Virus record (IMG/VR): IMGVR_UViG_3300022468_000843
Reading direction: 5' to 3' (one strand)
DNA length: 64,000 nucleotides
DNA from: an uncultured virus (IMG/VR IMGVR_UViG_3300022468_000843)
Lineage: Duplodnaviria > Heunggongvirae > Uroviricota > Caudoviricetes
Both the position numbers and the translations under genes were made by a program. This document shows positions 46,109-55,475 of this stretch, piece after piece. The first letter of the stretch is position 1. Each line of letters starts with the position of its first letter. The notes below the pieces were generated by a model, which was not told the DNA's origin, made no database searches, and worked only from the letters and a program-made list of their open reading frames with translations.

Positions 46109-47193
46109 AGCGGCTGAATGGTGAGTAGGCCGGGCACCAGCGCCTCGCTGGGCGAGCAGGCAACGTTTTCATTGCTGTCGGGCACGATGGCGCGCACACC
46201 ATCCACGGCCAACAAATTCTCCACGATGGTTTTCAAGAACATGGTGGTGCCGGGTGCGATCGAGCGGATCGTGCTGGCGTAAATGTCGGAAATCGACTGC
46301 TGCACCGCAGTATTGAGCACATACCCGCTGAACATCGAAACCCGGATAGATAGGGGCACGGCACGCTCGGCCATGGCCAGCACCTCGACCTGAACGCCGG
46401 CCGGCCGGTACCCGGGCACGATGGTGCCGTCGTCTTTGCGGTAGCCGTCAATTAGGCGCTGCGCCAGCGCCACAAGCTCGGGCGATGCCACGCCGGTGCT
46501 GCCGTACAGCCAGAAACGCACGTAGCCGCGGTCCTCAAGCTCGCCCACGCGCGTGACGTACTGGTTCACGTTGCCGTCCGTATCCAGCGTGGTGGCCAGC
46601 GAAACCGCGTAGCGGCAGGCCTCCATGGTGCCGCGCGAAAGCGAGCGGATGAAGGATGCGAAGCGCGCGCGGCGCTCGTCGTCTGTCTCCAGGTCGCGGC
46701 CGCTGGTGATCGCCGAATTGCTCACCACAAACGCGCCACCGGTCAGCGCGGTGGCGTTGATGGCCCCGGATGCGACGTTGCCCTGGGCGCCGATTACGGC
46801 GGCCTGTACGGGCACGCGCACCACCGGCACACCGGCAGCCCAGATCCTCGCCTCGGTGGAGGTGTAGACCCGGCCATCCGAGGTGGTGAACGCCGTACCA
46901 AACGGAACGGTGATGGGCTCCACGGGCGCCGGCGACAGCGACAGGCTGACGAACCCGAAGGCCCGAGCCGGCTGCAGGCGGTCGAAGTTGAACGAACGGT
47001 AGGTGGCCTCGGGGATGGCTTCGAGCAGACCCTGCAGCATCTGCAGGTACAGCTCCTCCATTTCCGCGGCTGGCGCCTCCATGAGCGTGCGCGCGACCGA
47101 CCCGGGCTGGAAGTCCGTGATTTTGTCGGTGATGCCGCGCGCGACGTTGATCTCGGCAGCGACGATGGAGACAAAGTTTTTAATCTGGAACAT
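46105..47193 (-). CDS. Baseplate J-like protein
   Basis: TDF..GSVARTL.EA; G..GNV; G.DLETD.E.R.RF..LSRGT. Confidence 0.9.
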   Translation of the reverse strand: MFQIKNFVSIVAAEINVARGITDKITDFQPGSVARTLMEAPAAEMEELYLQMLQGLLEAIPEATYRSFNFDRLQPARAFGFVSLSLSPAPVEPITVPFGTAFTTSDGRVYTSTEARIWAAGVPVVRVPVQAAVIGAQGNVASGAINATALTGGAFVVSNSAITSGRDLETDDERRARFASFIRSLSRGTMEACRYAVSLATTLDTDGNVNQYVTRVGELEDRGYVRFWLYGSTGVASPELVALAQRLIDGYRKDDGTIVPGYRPAGVQVEVLAMAERAVPLSIRVSMFSGYVLNTAVQQSISDIYASTIRSIAPGTTMFLKTIVENLLAVDGVRAIVPDSNENVACSPSEALVPGLLTIQPL

Positions 47194-47195
47194 GG

Positions 47196-47810
47196 CTACC
47201 CGATTTTGAGATCCACCACGCCGCCGGCGATGGTTGTTGCGCGCGACGTGACCGCCACTTGATCGCCTACCACCTTGGCATCGGCGGAATCGACAGAGCG
47301 GATGCGGTAGTCGGCCCGCACCGCAGACTTTGTGTATTCGGCCGCCAGAAGGCTTGCAGCGGGCCCGTTCATGCGGCCGATGACGCGATAGAGCAGCGAG
47401 CCGTAGGTGGGGTGGCGCATAGCCTGCCCGCGCGGTGTGACGAGGCGGTGCTGCAGTTGCTGCACCAGGTTCGCAGACCCCGACACCACGAGGAAGTCGC
47501 CGGTACCGTCATCGGCCAGCATGCGGCCGGCCATTTTGCAGTCGCGCTCGAAGACCTGGCCGGTTTCGGCGCGATCGGAGAGCACGCCGGCCGGCGCAGG
47601 GATCTTGATGAACTGCCCGGACAGCAGCACACCCTCGCCGGCGCGCGCCTCGTCGTCGGTGATGTAGGGCCACACCAGGGCGTTGAGCCACACCAGCTCG
47701 GGCCAGCGGTTCGCATCCCCCAGCTCGCGGGCCGCGATCAGTTTGACCGTATCGCCGTGCTCGGTGGCCGCGATCCGGTAGCTGGGCATTTCCTTCGAGA
47801 AGGCCGTCAC
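47196..47810 (-). CDS. LysM-like plus gp25-like baseplate protein
   Basis: GDT...IAARELGDA.RW; NL.Q....RL.TPRG...HP.YGS. Confidence 0.75.
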   Translation of the reverse strand: MTAFSKEMPSYRIAATEHGDTVKLIAARELGDANRWPELVWLNALVWPYITDDEARAGEGVLLSGQFIKIPAPAGVLSDRAETGQVFERDCKMAGRMLADDGTGDFLVVSGSANLVQQLQHRLVTPRGQAMRHPTYGSLLYRVIGRMNGPAASLLAAEYTKSAVRADYRIRSVDSADAKVVGDQVAVTSRATTIAGGVVDLKIG

Positions 47811-48937
47811 AGCGACACCCCCGCGACGATGTCCAACAGGTTGCGGTCGATTTCTTCCATGGGCAGCGGGGCCAGCACGGGATCGGCGTTCTTGATCGCG
47901 TTGATGGCCGTCAGCGCGCCGCTGGTGACCCCGACGGCTGCGGCGCCGGCTTGCACCAGGCTGAACACGCCCTGCCCAGCGTAGCGGCTCGCAGGGCTGC
48001 CGCCGGTGGTGCTGGAGCAGTTCGACGAGCCATACAGGCCCGAGTATTCCTCGTAGGGCTTGCGCGGCCGCAAGGCGTTCTGGAAGATGCACGCTACGGT
48101 GTTGAACGCAGCCGCCACGCGCGCAGCCCTGGCCTTGATGCTGAGCGGGAGATTCAGCAGCGCGGACACCGAGCGGAACACGCTCACACCAACCTTTGCC
48201 AGGTCGCCAGCGAGCGTCAGTAGTTGGTTCACGTAGGCCGCACCCAGGTTCGAAACGTTGTTGATCGCCGCGGTGACGGCATCAAACACGCCGGTGACGG
48301 TATCGAGGAAGTCGCCGAAGCCCGACCCCATGCCGAAGTCGCCGCCCTCTTCGCCGATCACGTCAGTGGCGTCCGAAAGCGCGCTCATGCCCAGGCCGTT
48401 GTTGCCGTAGTTCGGAATATCGACATTCGGTATGTCGATGGTGGTGGAGAGCGCCTGCAGCGTGATGTTGTACTGGAACAGGAGCGGGCGCGACTTCGAG
48501 CGGCGCAGCACGAACTGCGTGGGCACCACAGACCAGGCGAAGTGGTCCAGCACATCGACAAACAACAGCTTGACGCCCGCGGGATCCCGGCCGGCGTCGA
48601 TCGATGCCTGCTTGGCGGCGTGGTACTTGTGGGTGACCAGGTTGTTCAAGTCCTCGAACGACTGAAAGCCGTCGCGCTCGATGCCGGCGGCGTAGCGCCA
48701 ACCGGTGTTACCGGAGATCGTGCACGTTGGCAGCGCGGCGCCAAAGCTGTCCACCCAACCGGCGGTGTCCTGCCCCAGCGTCTGGTGCACGGTCGAGCGC
48801 GAGCTCTCCATCCGGCTGAGGTCTTCCGGGCGGATTGGGAGCGTTACAGCCTCCAGCGACTGCCCATCGTCCAAAACGAACACGATGGGCCGAACGCCGG
48901 CGCGCTGATCTGTCGGCGCAGGTCCGGGACTATACAT
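47807..48937 (-). CDS. Tail/baseplate structural protein
   Basis: Position; RPE, ISGNTG, RS.SRPLL.QY.I. Confidence 0.65.
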   Translation of the reverse strand: MYSPGPAPTDQRAGVRPIVFVLDDGQSLEAVTLPIRPEDLSRMESSRSTVHQTLGQDTAGWVDSFGAALPTCTISGNTGWRYAAGIERDGFQSFEDLNNLVTHKYHAAKQASIDAGRDPAGVKLLFVDVLDHFAWSVVPTQFVLRRSKSRPLLFQYNITLQALSTTIDIPNVDIPNYGNNGLGMSALSDATDVIGEEGGDFGMGSGFGDFLDTVTGVFDAVTAAINNVSNLGAAYVNQLLTLAGDLAKVGVSVFRSVSALLNLPLSIKARAARVAAAFNTVACIFQNALRPRKPYEEYSGLYGSSNCSSTTGGSPASRYAGQGVFSLVQAGAAAVGVTSGALTAINAIKNADPVLAPLPMEEIDRNLLDIVAGVSL

Positions 48938-48943
48938 GCGCCG

Positions 48944-48959
48944 ATTCTGGCATCACGAC
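48944..48959 (-). promoter_or_regulatory. Late promoter motif (leaderless)
   Basis: GTCGTGA TGCC AGAAT + 6 nt + ATG. Confidence 0.7.
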
Positions 48960-50023
48960 GGAGCGGGCGGCGCCTTGTTCCCGTTGTCGGGGAGAGGGTC
49001 GCCATCCGGTACGGTTTGCGCAATGATCGTATCCGGGCTCTGCTGCAGGCGGCCGTTGCTGTCGATGTAAACGCTATTCGAGCCAGAGATGGTGACGTAT
49101 GGCAGCACGTTGCCGCTCGGGTCCGTGTAGATGCGATCGCCTTCTGGGGTAAACGTGGTGATGACACCGTCGCCAAGGTCGATGCCCACTGGGCGCTGGT
49201 TTTGAATGTAGTAGTTGCCGTTGCCGTCGTACATCACCAGGTTTCCGTGGCTGTCATAGGTGGGCGTGAAGGTGCTACCACCGCCACCGCCAGACCCGCC
49301 GTCACCACCACCGCCGCCACCGCCGGACTTCGTGCCACCCGGCGGGCCAGACATATCAGGGCCGGCCTTGACACCGGTGTGTGCGTGGCGCCGCAGGCTG
49401 ATGCCGCTGGCCACCACGTCGCCACCAGGCACCTCCAGCAGCGGCGTGTTGCAGGTGATTTTTGATGACGCATTGATCGTAACGGTGCCATCCTCGTGAA
49501 TGGTGATCGACGACTTGCCGCCAGAAGCCTGCACATGGATGCTGACCTTCTTGTCCTTGTTCCGGTCCAGGGTCAGGCTTTCGTCGAAGTTCTTTTTTTC
49601 CAGATCCTCGTGCCCGGTGCTTTCAGCGATGCGCACGTAGGCACCGCTTGGGTGGTAGAACTCGGTGTTCCCGGAGCCATCGGTGGTGTGATACACATCC
49701 GACTGGTGGCGGCTGAAGCGCCGCTTCTTGTCCTCGAACGTCATCTGGCTGATCTGCGGATAGATGAAGCCGACAACGATCGGGTTGCCGCGCCCCATGA
49801 CCGCCACCAGGGCCTCCATGTCCTGCCCGTGGCGCTTGGTTACGTCCCACTTTTCCTCGCCGGCAGAGTTCGGCATTTCAGGCATGTCCACACTGCCGCT
49901 GCGCGCGCTGCCGCTCTGGGACATCACGGGCACGCCGCTGAGCCGGGCGCCGTCGTCGCACATCACAAGATCCACCGAGTGGTCTTCTGGGTGGCTGGCC
50001 ACCACGATTCCTTTGCGGAGCAT
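48953..50023 (-). CDS. Central tail spike (gpV-like) with C-terminal extension
   Basis: OB-fold-like N-terminus, GDVVA.GISL..HAH.GV, then Gly linker and extra domain. Confidence 0.8.
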   Translation of the reverse strand: MLRKGIVVASHPEDHSVDLVMCDDGARLSGVPVMSQSGSARSGSVDMPEMPNSAGEEKWDVTKRHGQDMEALVAVMGRGNPIVVGFIYPQISQMTFEDKKRRFSRHQSDVYHTTDGSGNTEFYHPSGAYVRIAESTGHEDLEKKNFDESLTLDRNKDKKVSIHVQASGGKSSITIHEDGTVTINASSKITCNTPLLEVPGGDVVASGISLRRHAHTGVKAGPDMSGPPGGTKSGGGGGGGDGGSGGGGGSTFTPTYDSHGNLVMYDGNGNYYIQNQRPVGIDLGDGVITTFTPEGDRIYTDPSGNVLPYVTISGSNSVYIDSNGRLQQSPDTIIAQTVPDGDPLPDNGNKAPPAPS

Positions 50024-51543
50024 TACAGCACCCCCAGGTTGTCATCCGCGCGGCGCGAGATCTCAGCCAGGTACGGCGAGCCCTCCATGGAAGCGCGCGT
50101 CGCAAATCCCTCGCCGCGGTCGAACTGCAGCGTGGTGGTGTAGGACTGGAACGGCAGGAACTCGTGCACCACCTGGTGGACATAGGCGAGGTAGCGCATG
50201 GTTCCCTGGATGAATAAGGCGTAGTCGCCGGCTTTGATGAGGTCGTTTTCACCATCGACACGCACCGGGCCGCCCTTCACGACGGCGGTACCGCTTTCGT
50301 ACAACACGTTGTCCTTGTTCATTTCGGCCATGGCTTTCCGGCGCTTGTCGAGCCAGGCCATCTGCTTGGTAGAGCGTTCTTCGTGCTCGGCCGCCCGCTG
50401 ACCGCCGGTCATGCTGGTGATCGTATCCTCGCCCTGCTGCGTTTCCGCGTACATGGGCCGCACGCCGTAGAACTTCTCCGCGGCGTTCGGATAGTCCTTG
50501 ATCGACACGGTGCCATCCTGCAGCGCGTAGAGCTTGCGGACGATATCGTCGATCAGGTCGAACTTGCTGTTGTTCACCCAGAAGAAGTTCGCCACGTTGG
50601 CATCGCTGCGCGAGGCCACCAGCGACTTGATGCCGTAGTCCTTGATCAGCGACACACCAGGCGTGGGCGCGTCGTCCTGAATCTTCGCCGACTCGCGACC
50701 CTCCGGCGTGGAGAGCAGGAAGTACGGCACCGGCCGGTACACCAGGTGCACGCCGTCCTCGCGGTCCTCGGTGTAGAGCTCGTTCCAGATGCCGACATCG
50801 CCATAGGTCCGCATCACGTCGTAGACCGAGCCCTGCGCATTTTGGTAGTTGTTGTTGACCACGCCGTGCTTTACCGCCACCCCATCCCCCACGGTGATCT
50901 GCCGCGGGATTGGCATGTTTTCCGGCATGAGCGTGTTCATGTAGGGGTTGATGACCTTCTCGACCATCTCCTTGGCGAAGTCGGCTGCCGACAGCGTGTT
51001 GCGAGCCTGAATGCCGAACAGCTCCCAGAGCGAGAAATTGGTCAGCAGCGTTTTCCCGGCCGCGTACGCGGGCATGTACAGCACCTGGTAGGTCTGCCAG
51101 AACTTGCCGTAGTCCTGCCCGGACACCGACACGATGCGCTGCGGTCTGCCGTCCTCGCCCATGGCCTGCGAGCGCGTGATTTGAGAGACGACGCCGCGCA
51201 TGACGATGGGCAGCAGCAGGGGCCGCGGGCCCATTCCGCCCCACATGCGAATCTCGATGATGTCCATGGGTTCGATCAGGCCGTAGACAGTCTCCAGGTC
51301 GCCGTAGCCCCAGGAGGCCTGCGGCTTGTCGGCAAACGTGAGATTGAAGCCGCCTGCAGCCTCGCGGACGGACTTCTGCGTGCGCACCGACGACCCAAGG
51401 TTCAGGAACGGCGTGAGGTCGATGTACTCGTCCTTGCCCTCGTACCGACCGGACACCGCCCAGTTCCCATCCAGCGTGTTGCGGCCGATGGTTTTGAAAA
51501 GCCAGATGTCGATTTCTGGCCGGGCGTCGATGGCGTGGGTCAT
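50023..51543 (-). CDS. Baseplate hub protein
   Basis: Follows tape measure; G.DYGK, WNELY.EDRE. Confidence 0.7.
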   Translation of the reverse strand: MTHAIDARPEIDIWLFKTIGRNTLDGNWAVSGRYEGKDEYIDLTPFLNLGSSVRTQKSVREAAGGFNLTFADKPQASWGYGDLETVYGLIEPMDIIEIRMWGGMGPRPLLLPIVMRGVVSQITRSQAMGEDGRPQRIVSVSGQDYGKFWQTYQVLYMPAYAAGKTLLTNFSLWELFGIQARNTLSAADFAKEMVEKVINPYMNTLMPENMPIPRQITVGDGVAVKHGVVNNNYQNAQGSVYDVMRTYGDVGIWNELYTEDREDGVHLVYRPVPYFLLSTPEGRESAKIQDDAPTPGVSLIKDYGIKSLVASRSDANVANFFWVNNSKFDLIDDIVRKLYALQDGTVSIKDYPNAAEKFYGVRPMYAETQQGEDTITSMTGGQRAAEHEERSTKQMAWLDKRRKAMAEMNKDNVLYESGTAVVKGGPVRVDGENDLIKAGDYALFIQGTMRYLAYVHQVVHEFLPFQSYTTTLQFDRGEGFATRASMEGSPYLAEISRRADDNLGVL

Positions 51544-51545
51544 GG

Positions 51546-54353
51546 TTAGTTTGCTCGAGCGCCACCAGCATACGGGCTGGCGGGCTTGACGGTGGTGTTG
51601 ATGGTTTGATCGGGCATCACCTGGCGCCCATCGCTGCCGGGGTATTTTACGATCAGGGGATCGAAGCTGACGCTCATGCCACGCCCGCCGCCGGCATCGC
51701 TGGGCTTCACACCTTCAGGCATTGGCGTGGCCGCCCGCGCGCGCGCCGCCATTGCCGCAGCGTTCACGCCGCTGCTTACGTAGTTGGGGTCTTCGGCATA
51801 CCCGCCTTTTTTCAGCGCCGAGAAGTAGTCTCGCGCATTGTCCGTGCCTTGGGCGCCGGCATAACGCTTCTTATCCAGCAGTTTTTTGAAGTCTTCGCCG
51901 AAGGCGTCCGGGGTGGCGTACGCGCGGTAGGAATCCACGCTGCCCGTCATGTTGTCCTTTGCCTTCGGGCCCGCGCCAGAGAAGTCCTTGATGTTCCCCA
52001 GGTTGTTCGTGCCGGGAATGATGCTCTTGCCCCACCCTGTCTCCAGGCCCCACTGCCCCAGGACGGCATCGACAGGGACGTTTTTTTCCTTCGCGATTTT
52101 TTCAGCGAGCGGGCCGTATTCCTTGACGAAGGCCGCCACGTTCGACGGCGGCTTTTTGCCATCAACGGCACCAGCAGCCGCGGCGCCGCCAGCGCCCGCA
52201 CCAGCACCAGCCCCGGCGCCAGGCTTGGGCGTGCTCTCGGGCGTTTGCAACGCCGCATCGCGCTCGGCGCCGATCCCGCGAATTTGAGAGTTCACGGTGT
52301 TGATTTGGGCGTCGATGGCCGCGTCCTGCTCCTTGAATTCTTCGCGCGTAATTTGCCCGGAGTTCAGCTTTTTTCGCAGCTCGCGCTTACTTTCGAGCAG
52401 CTTGTCACGGTCGGATTTGAGCCCGTCCTCCTTGTTGGCGTATTGCTCCTTGATGCCTTTGACGCGGTCCTTTTCCTCGCCGGCGGCGATTTCCTTCATG
52501 ATTTCGCCGGGCGTCTTCCGGCCCTTGTCGCCAGCCATGTACAGCAGGGCCTTCCGCATGTCCTGCTGGATGGTGATCATGTCCGCGGCTTTGACCTTGA
52601 GGTTGTCCAGCGCAGCCCGGCTGTCGCGAATGTCCGACCCCTGGGTTCGCTCCTGCTCGTACTGCGCAGACAGCACGGCAAGCGTGCGCTTCTGTTCCTC
52701 CGGGTTCATTGAACCCAGGCCCTCCAGCGTGGAGCGGTCCTCCCTTTTCAGGTCTTCGCGCTTGAGCAAGCCGTCACGGATGCTGGCGCGCTGCTCGTCG
52801 GTGCCCTGGAGCGCCATGGCCGCGTTGTTGATGCCGGAGGCGTTCATGCTCAGCGTCGTATTGCCAAGCACCTTTTGCAGTTCGCCCATCTCATTCGGCT
52901 GCAGCGACAGCATAGCCATGGCCTGATTCATGTTCAGGCCAGTGTGGTTGCCGAAGGCCTGCGCGCGCATCAGCTTGTCGGTGCGCTCATCCGTGGAGAA
53001 CCGCTGCTTGTCCATGCGCTCGCGCGTGGCGGAATAAAGCGTCTGGTTGCCATCTGGGCCGCTCTCGCCCATGTACCGGGTGTACGCGCTGCCCACGCCA
53101 AAGGCGCCCCTCTTGGTGGCGAACATGCCATTCTCGCGCAGCACCTGCATCTGCAAGGGATCGAGCCCCATGTCGTTGCCGACCATGCTGGTGAAAAACT
53201 GCGATGCCTCGCCCTTGGCGCCACCGGCCCCAAGGTTGGAATTTACTTTAGACAAGATGGCCGCAGCATTCGTCGGGTCCATGCCAGCCATGCCGCTGCC
53301 GACCATGCTGGAGAACATGCCCGCGTAGCCGCTCACGTTGGCGGCCGCCAGGCTCTGGCGCGTTTGCGCCGTGGCGAAACCAGCGATGGCCTCCATGACC
53401 TCGTCGGCCTTCGAGAAGGCGTCGGACTTGGCGATGGTCTCGCCGATCAGCAGCGCCAGGCGACGGCTGTCCTGCACGTCCTTGGTGACGCCCAGGCCGC
53501 GCATCTGCCCCATGAAGCCGACACCCTGGGACGGGTCCAGGCCGTAGGCGCGCGACATACCCGCACCCAGGCCAATCTCCTGCGGCAGGGCCTGGTAGCC
53601 AGCGCGGCCGCTGACCTTGCCCGACTTCGCGAACTGCGAAAACAGGCCCTCGGTTTCGTCGTACTTGAGGTTCAAGCCCTCGCCGGTGGACGTCACGGCC
53701 TTCTTGAGCCCGACAAACGAGACGTTCACATCGCCCAGCGTGCGCTTGAGCCGGTCATAGGCGATGTTGTTGTTTTCGGCCTGGTCGATCTTCTCGGCAA
53801 CCGCGCCTACCAGCTTGCCAACGCCAAGGGCCGCCATGCCGCCCACAAGCCCCATGAGGCCCGCTCCGAAGCCCGCGGACATGCCAGTACCCATGGCGTT
53901 GGCTGCGACGCCCCCAACAGGCCCTGCGGAGCGCATGCCAGCCTGCGCAACACCCGCGGCGGTCTGGCGCCAGCCGCCACCACCACCGCCACCTCCGCCA
54001 TGCCCCGCACCAGGGTGGGTGAAGTCCTCGCCGTTTTCGGCGAAGAACTTCTGCATCTGCTGCAGCTTGCGCGCCCGCTGGCGGGAGTTGGAGTTCGGGT
54101 ACGCCCGGTCGAGGTTGATGTTTTCCGGCGAGACGCTGGACTGGTCCGAATCCTTGAGGCGCCGGGCCATTTCGCGGTCCAGCTTCAAGTACGCCTGGAA
54201 CAGCGCATCGATCTTGCGGATGGCGCCATCCGGCACCGGGTCGATCTTGCGTTTACCGACACGACCGAGCACGTCATCGATCTTCTTGGCGCCCTGCTCC
54301 ACGCCCGTTGTGCTGAGCGTGGCGGATACCGGAATTTCAATTTTTTGCGTCAT
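51546..54353 (-). CDS. Tape measure protein with C-terminal GH73 glucosaminidase domain
   Basis: Ala/Gly-rich helical body; QWGLETGWG, NNLGNIK, YAEDPNY. Confidence 0.88.
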   Translation of the reverse strand: MTQKIEIPVSATLSTTGVEQGAKKIDDVLGRVGKRKIDPVPDGAIRKIDALFQAYLKLDREMARRLKDSDQSSVSPENINLDRAYPNSNSRQRARKLQQMQKFFAENGEDFTHPGAGHGGGGGGGGGWRQTAAGVAQAGMRSAGPVGGVAANAMGTGMSAGFGAGLMGLVGGMAALGVGKLVGAVAEKIDQAENNNIAYDRLKRTLGDVNVSFVGLKKAVTSTGEGLNLKYDETEGLFSQFAKSGKVSGRAGYQALPQEIGLGAGMSRAYGLDPSQGVGFMGQMRGLGVTKDVQDSRRLALLIGETIAKSDAFSKADEVMEAIAGFATAQTRQSLAAANVSGYAGMFSSMVGSGMAGMDPTNAAAILSKVNSNLGAGGAKGEASQFFTSMVGNDMGLDPLQMQVLRENGMFATKRGAFGVGSAYTRYMGESGPDGNQTLYSATRERMDKQRFSTDERTDKLMRAQAFGNHTGLNMNQAMAMLSLQPNEMGELQKVLGNTTLSMNASGINNAAMALQGTDEQRASIRDGLLKREDLKREDRSTLEGLGSMNPEEQKRTLAVLSAQYEQERTQGSDIRDSRAALDNLKVKAADMITIQQDMRKALLYMAGDKGRKTPGEIMKEIAAGEEKDRVKGIKEQYANKEDGLKSDRDKLLESKRELRKKLNSGQITREEFKEQDAAIDAQINTVNSQIRGIGAERDAALQTPESTPKPGAGAGAGAGAGGAAAAGAVDGKKPPSNVAAFVKEYGPLAEKIAKEKNVPVDAVLGQWGLETGWGKSIIPGTNNLGNIKDFSGAGPKAKDNMTGSVDSYRAYATPDAFGEDFKKLLDKKRYAGAQGTDNARDYFSALKKGGYAEDPNYVSSGVNAAAMAARARAATPMPEGVKPSDAGGGRGMSVSFDPLIVKYPGSDGRQVMPDQTINTTVKPASPYAGGARAN

Positions 54354-54354
54354 A

Positions 54355-54651
54355 TCAGCTCAGTTCTTCAAAATCGTTTGGCAACTGCGGCTGCTGCTTT
54401 TGCTGCCGGGCAAGCAGCCTTTCAGCGACCGATTCCTCGTCGAATTCGTCATCCTCGACGGTCTTCGTTACAGCCTCTGGGTCGTCGTAGTACGTGTGCA
54501 TCCACAGGTCTTCGAGCATGTCCTCGACGGTTGCTTCAAGGAACCGAGGATCGGTGCGCGTGAGGTTGTACTTGCGGCGGAACCAGAACTCGACCGACCC
54601 AAAGCCATCACGCGCTAGTTCCTTCGCCCGCTGGTTTCTGTCCGCCTCGAA
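54355..54651 (-). CDS. Tail chaperone frameshift extension (gpT-like)
   Basis: WFRRKYNL...DPRFL; overlaps upstream chaperone in +1 frame. Confidence 0.65.
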   Translation of the reverse strand, partial: FEADRNQRAKELARDGFGSVEFWFRRKYNLTRTDPRFLEATVEDMLEDLWMHTYYDDPEAVTKTVEDDEFDEESVAERLLARQQKQQPQLPNDFEELS

Positions 54652-54964
54652 ACGAGCGCTCCTGGGTACGGAGCTCCTCATAAACGAGGTTCAGGTTGGC
54701 GTAGGTTTTCTCGTCCAGCGGATCCAGCTCGTCCAGATCCCAGCCGTCAGGCGCGGACACCGTCAGCACGCGCAGCGCGGACAGCCAGCCACCCATCGTG
54801 TCCAGCCACACCGTCGGCCGCTCGACGCCCTGGATGATGTCGGCGTACTCGCGCTGAATGGCCAGCTCGTCGGCCATGGTGCGCTTGCCAAAGACAAAGC
54901 GGCCGACGCCCTCAACAGTGACGGCAAAATCGGTCGGCTTGGGCGCGCGTGGTTTCTTGATCAT
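54608..54964 (-). CDS. Tail assembly chaperone (gpG-like)
   Basis: Between tube and tape measure; APDGW; ends ..E.SFR. Confidence 0.75.
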   Translation of the reverse strand: MIKKPRAPKPTDFAVTVEGVGRFVFGKRTMADELAIQREYADIIQGVERPTVWLDTMGGWLSALRVLTVSAPDGWDLDELDPLDEKTYANLNLVYEELRTQERSFRGGQKPAGEGTSA

Positions 54965-54985
54965 GATGCGAATTCCTTGGGTGTT

Positions 54986-55020
54986 AAAAAGCCGCCTCGA
55001 TCCACAGCGGATCGGGCGGC
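54986..55020 (-). terminator. Intrinsic terminator after tail tube
   Basis: GCCGCCCGATCC-GCTGT-GGATCGAGGCGGC-TTTTT. Confidence 0.75.
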
Positions 55021-55024
55021 CCCT

Positions 55025-55040
55025 ATTATTGCGGCACGAC
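55025..55040 (-). promoter_or_regulatory. Late promoter motif
   Basis: GTCGTGC CGCA ATAAT. Confidence 0.6.
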
Positions 55041-55463
55041 TTAGGCGCCGGTGCCCGTCACGTCGAGCGCGTTGAACTGACCGGAAGCCACCACGATCTG
55101 GTGCGCCTGAATGTCGATATCGCCGCTGGCGTACGACACGCCCACGTACTTGCGAAGCAGCTTGCCGTCACGCTTTGCATAGACCTCCAGATCGAACACC
55201 AGGCCCTGCAGCATGGCGTCGCCGTTTTCAGGCGTGATTCCAGCGCCCATCATGTTGTCCTTGATGAGGACCATGCCCGACACGCTGATCGTGTGGCGAG
55301 CCATGGTGGGCACGTACTCCTGCACGTGGATATCGCCGATGCCAGAAGCCGGATCCGGGCCGTAGTCGTCGCTTCCGCGCACCGACCGGATCATCCCGAC
55401 CTGGCGGCCGTCGAGCAGCACGATGATCTCGTTGCCGGACTGGACTTTTCGATTTTGCTTCAT
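55041..55463 (-). CDS. Tail tube protein
   Basis: 140 aa after sheath; SGN, GIGD....EYVP. Confidence 0.85.
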   Translation of the reverse strand: MKQNRKVQSGNEIIVLLDGRQVGMIRSVRGSDDYGPDPASGIGDIHVQEYVPTMARHTISVSGMVLIKDNMMGAGITPENGDAMLQGLVFDLEVYAKRDGKLLRKYVGVSYASGDIDIQAHQIVVASGQFNALDVTGTGA

Positions 55464-55475
55464 TCCTAAGCTCCT

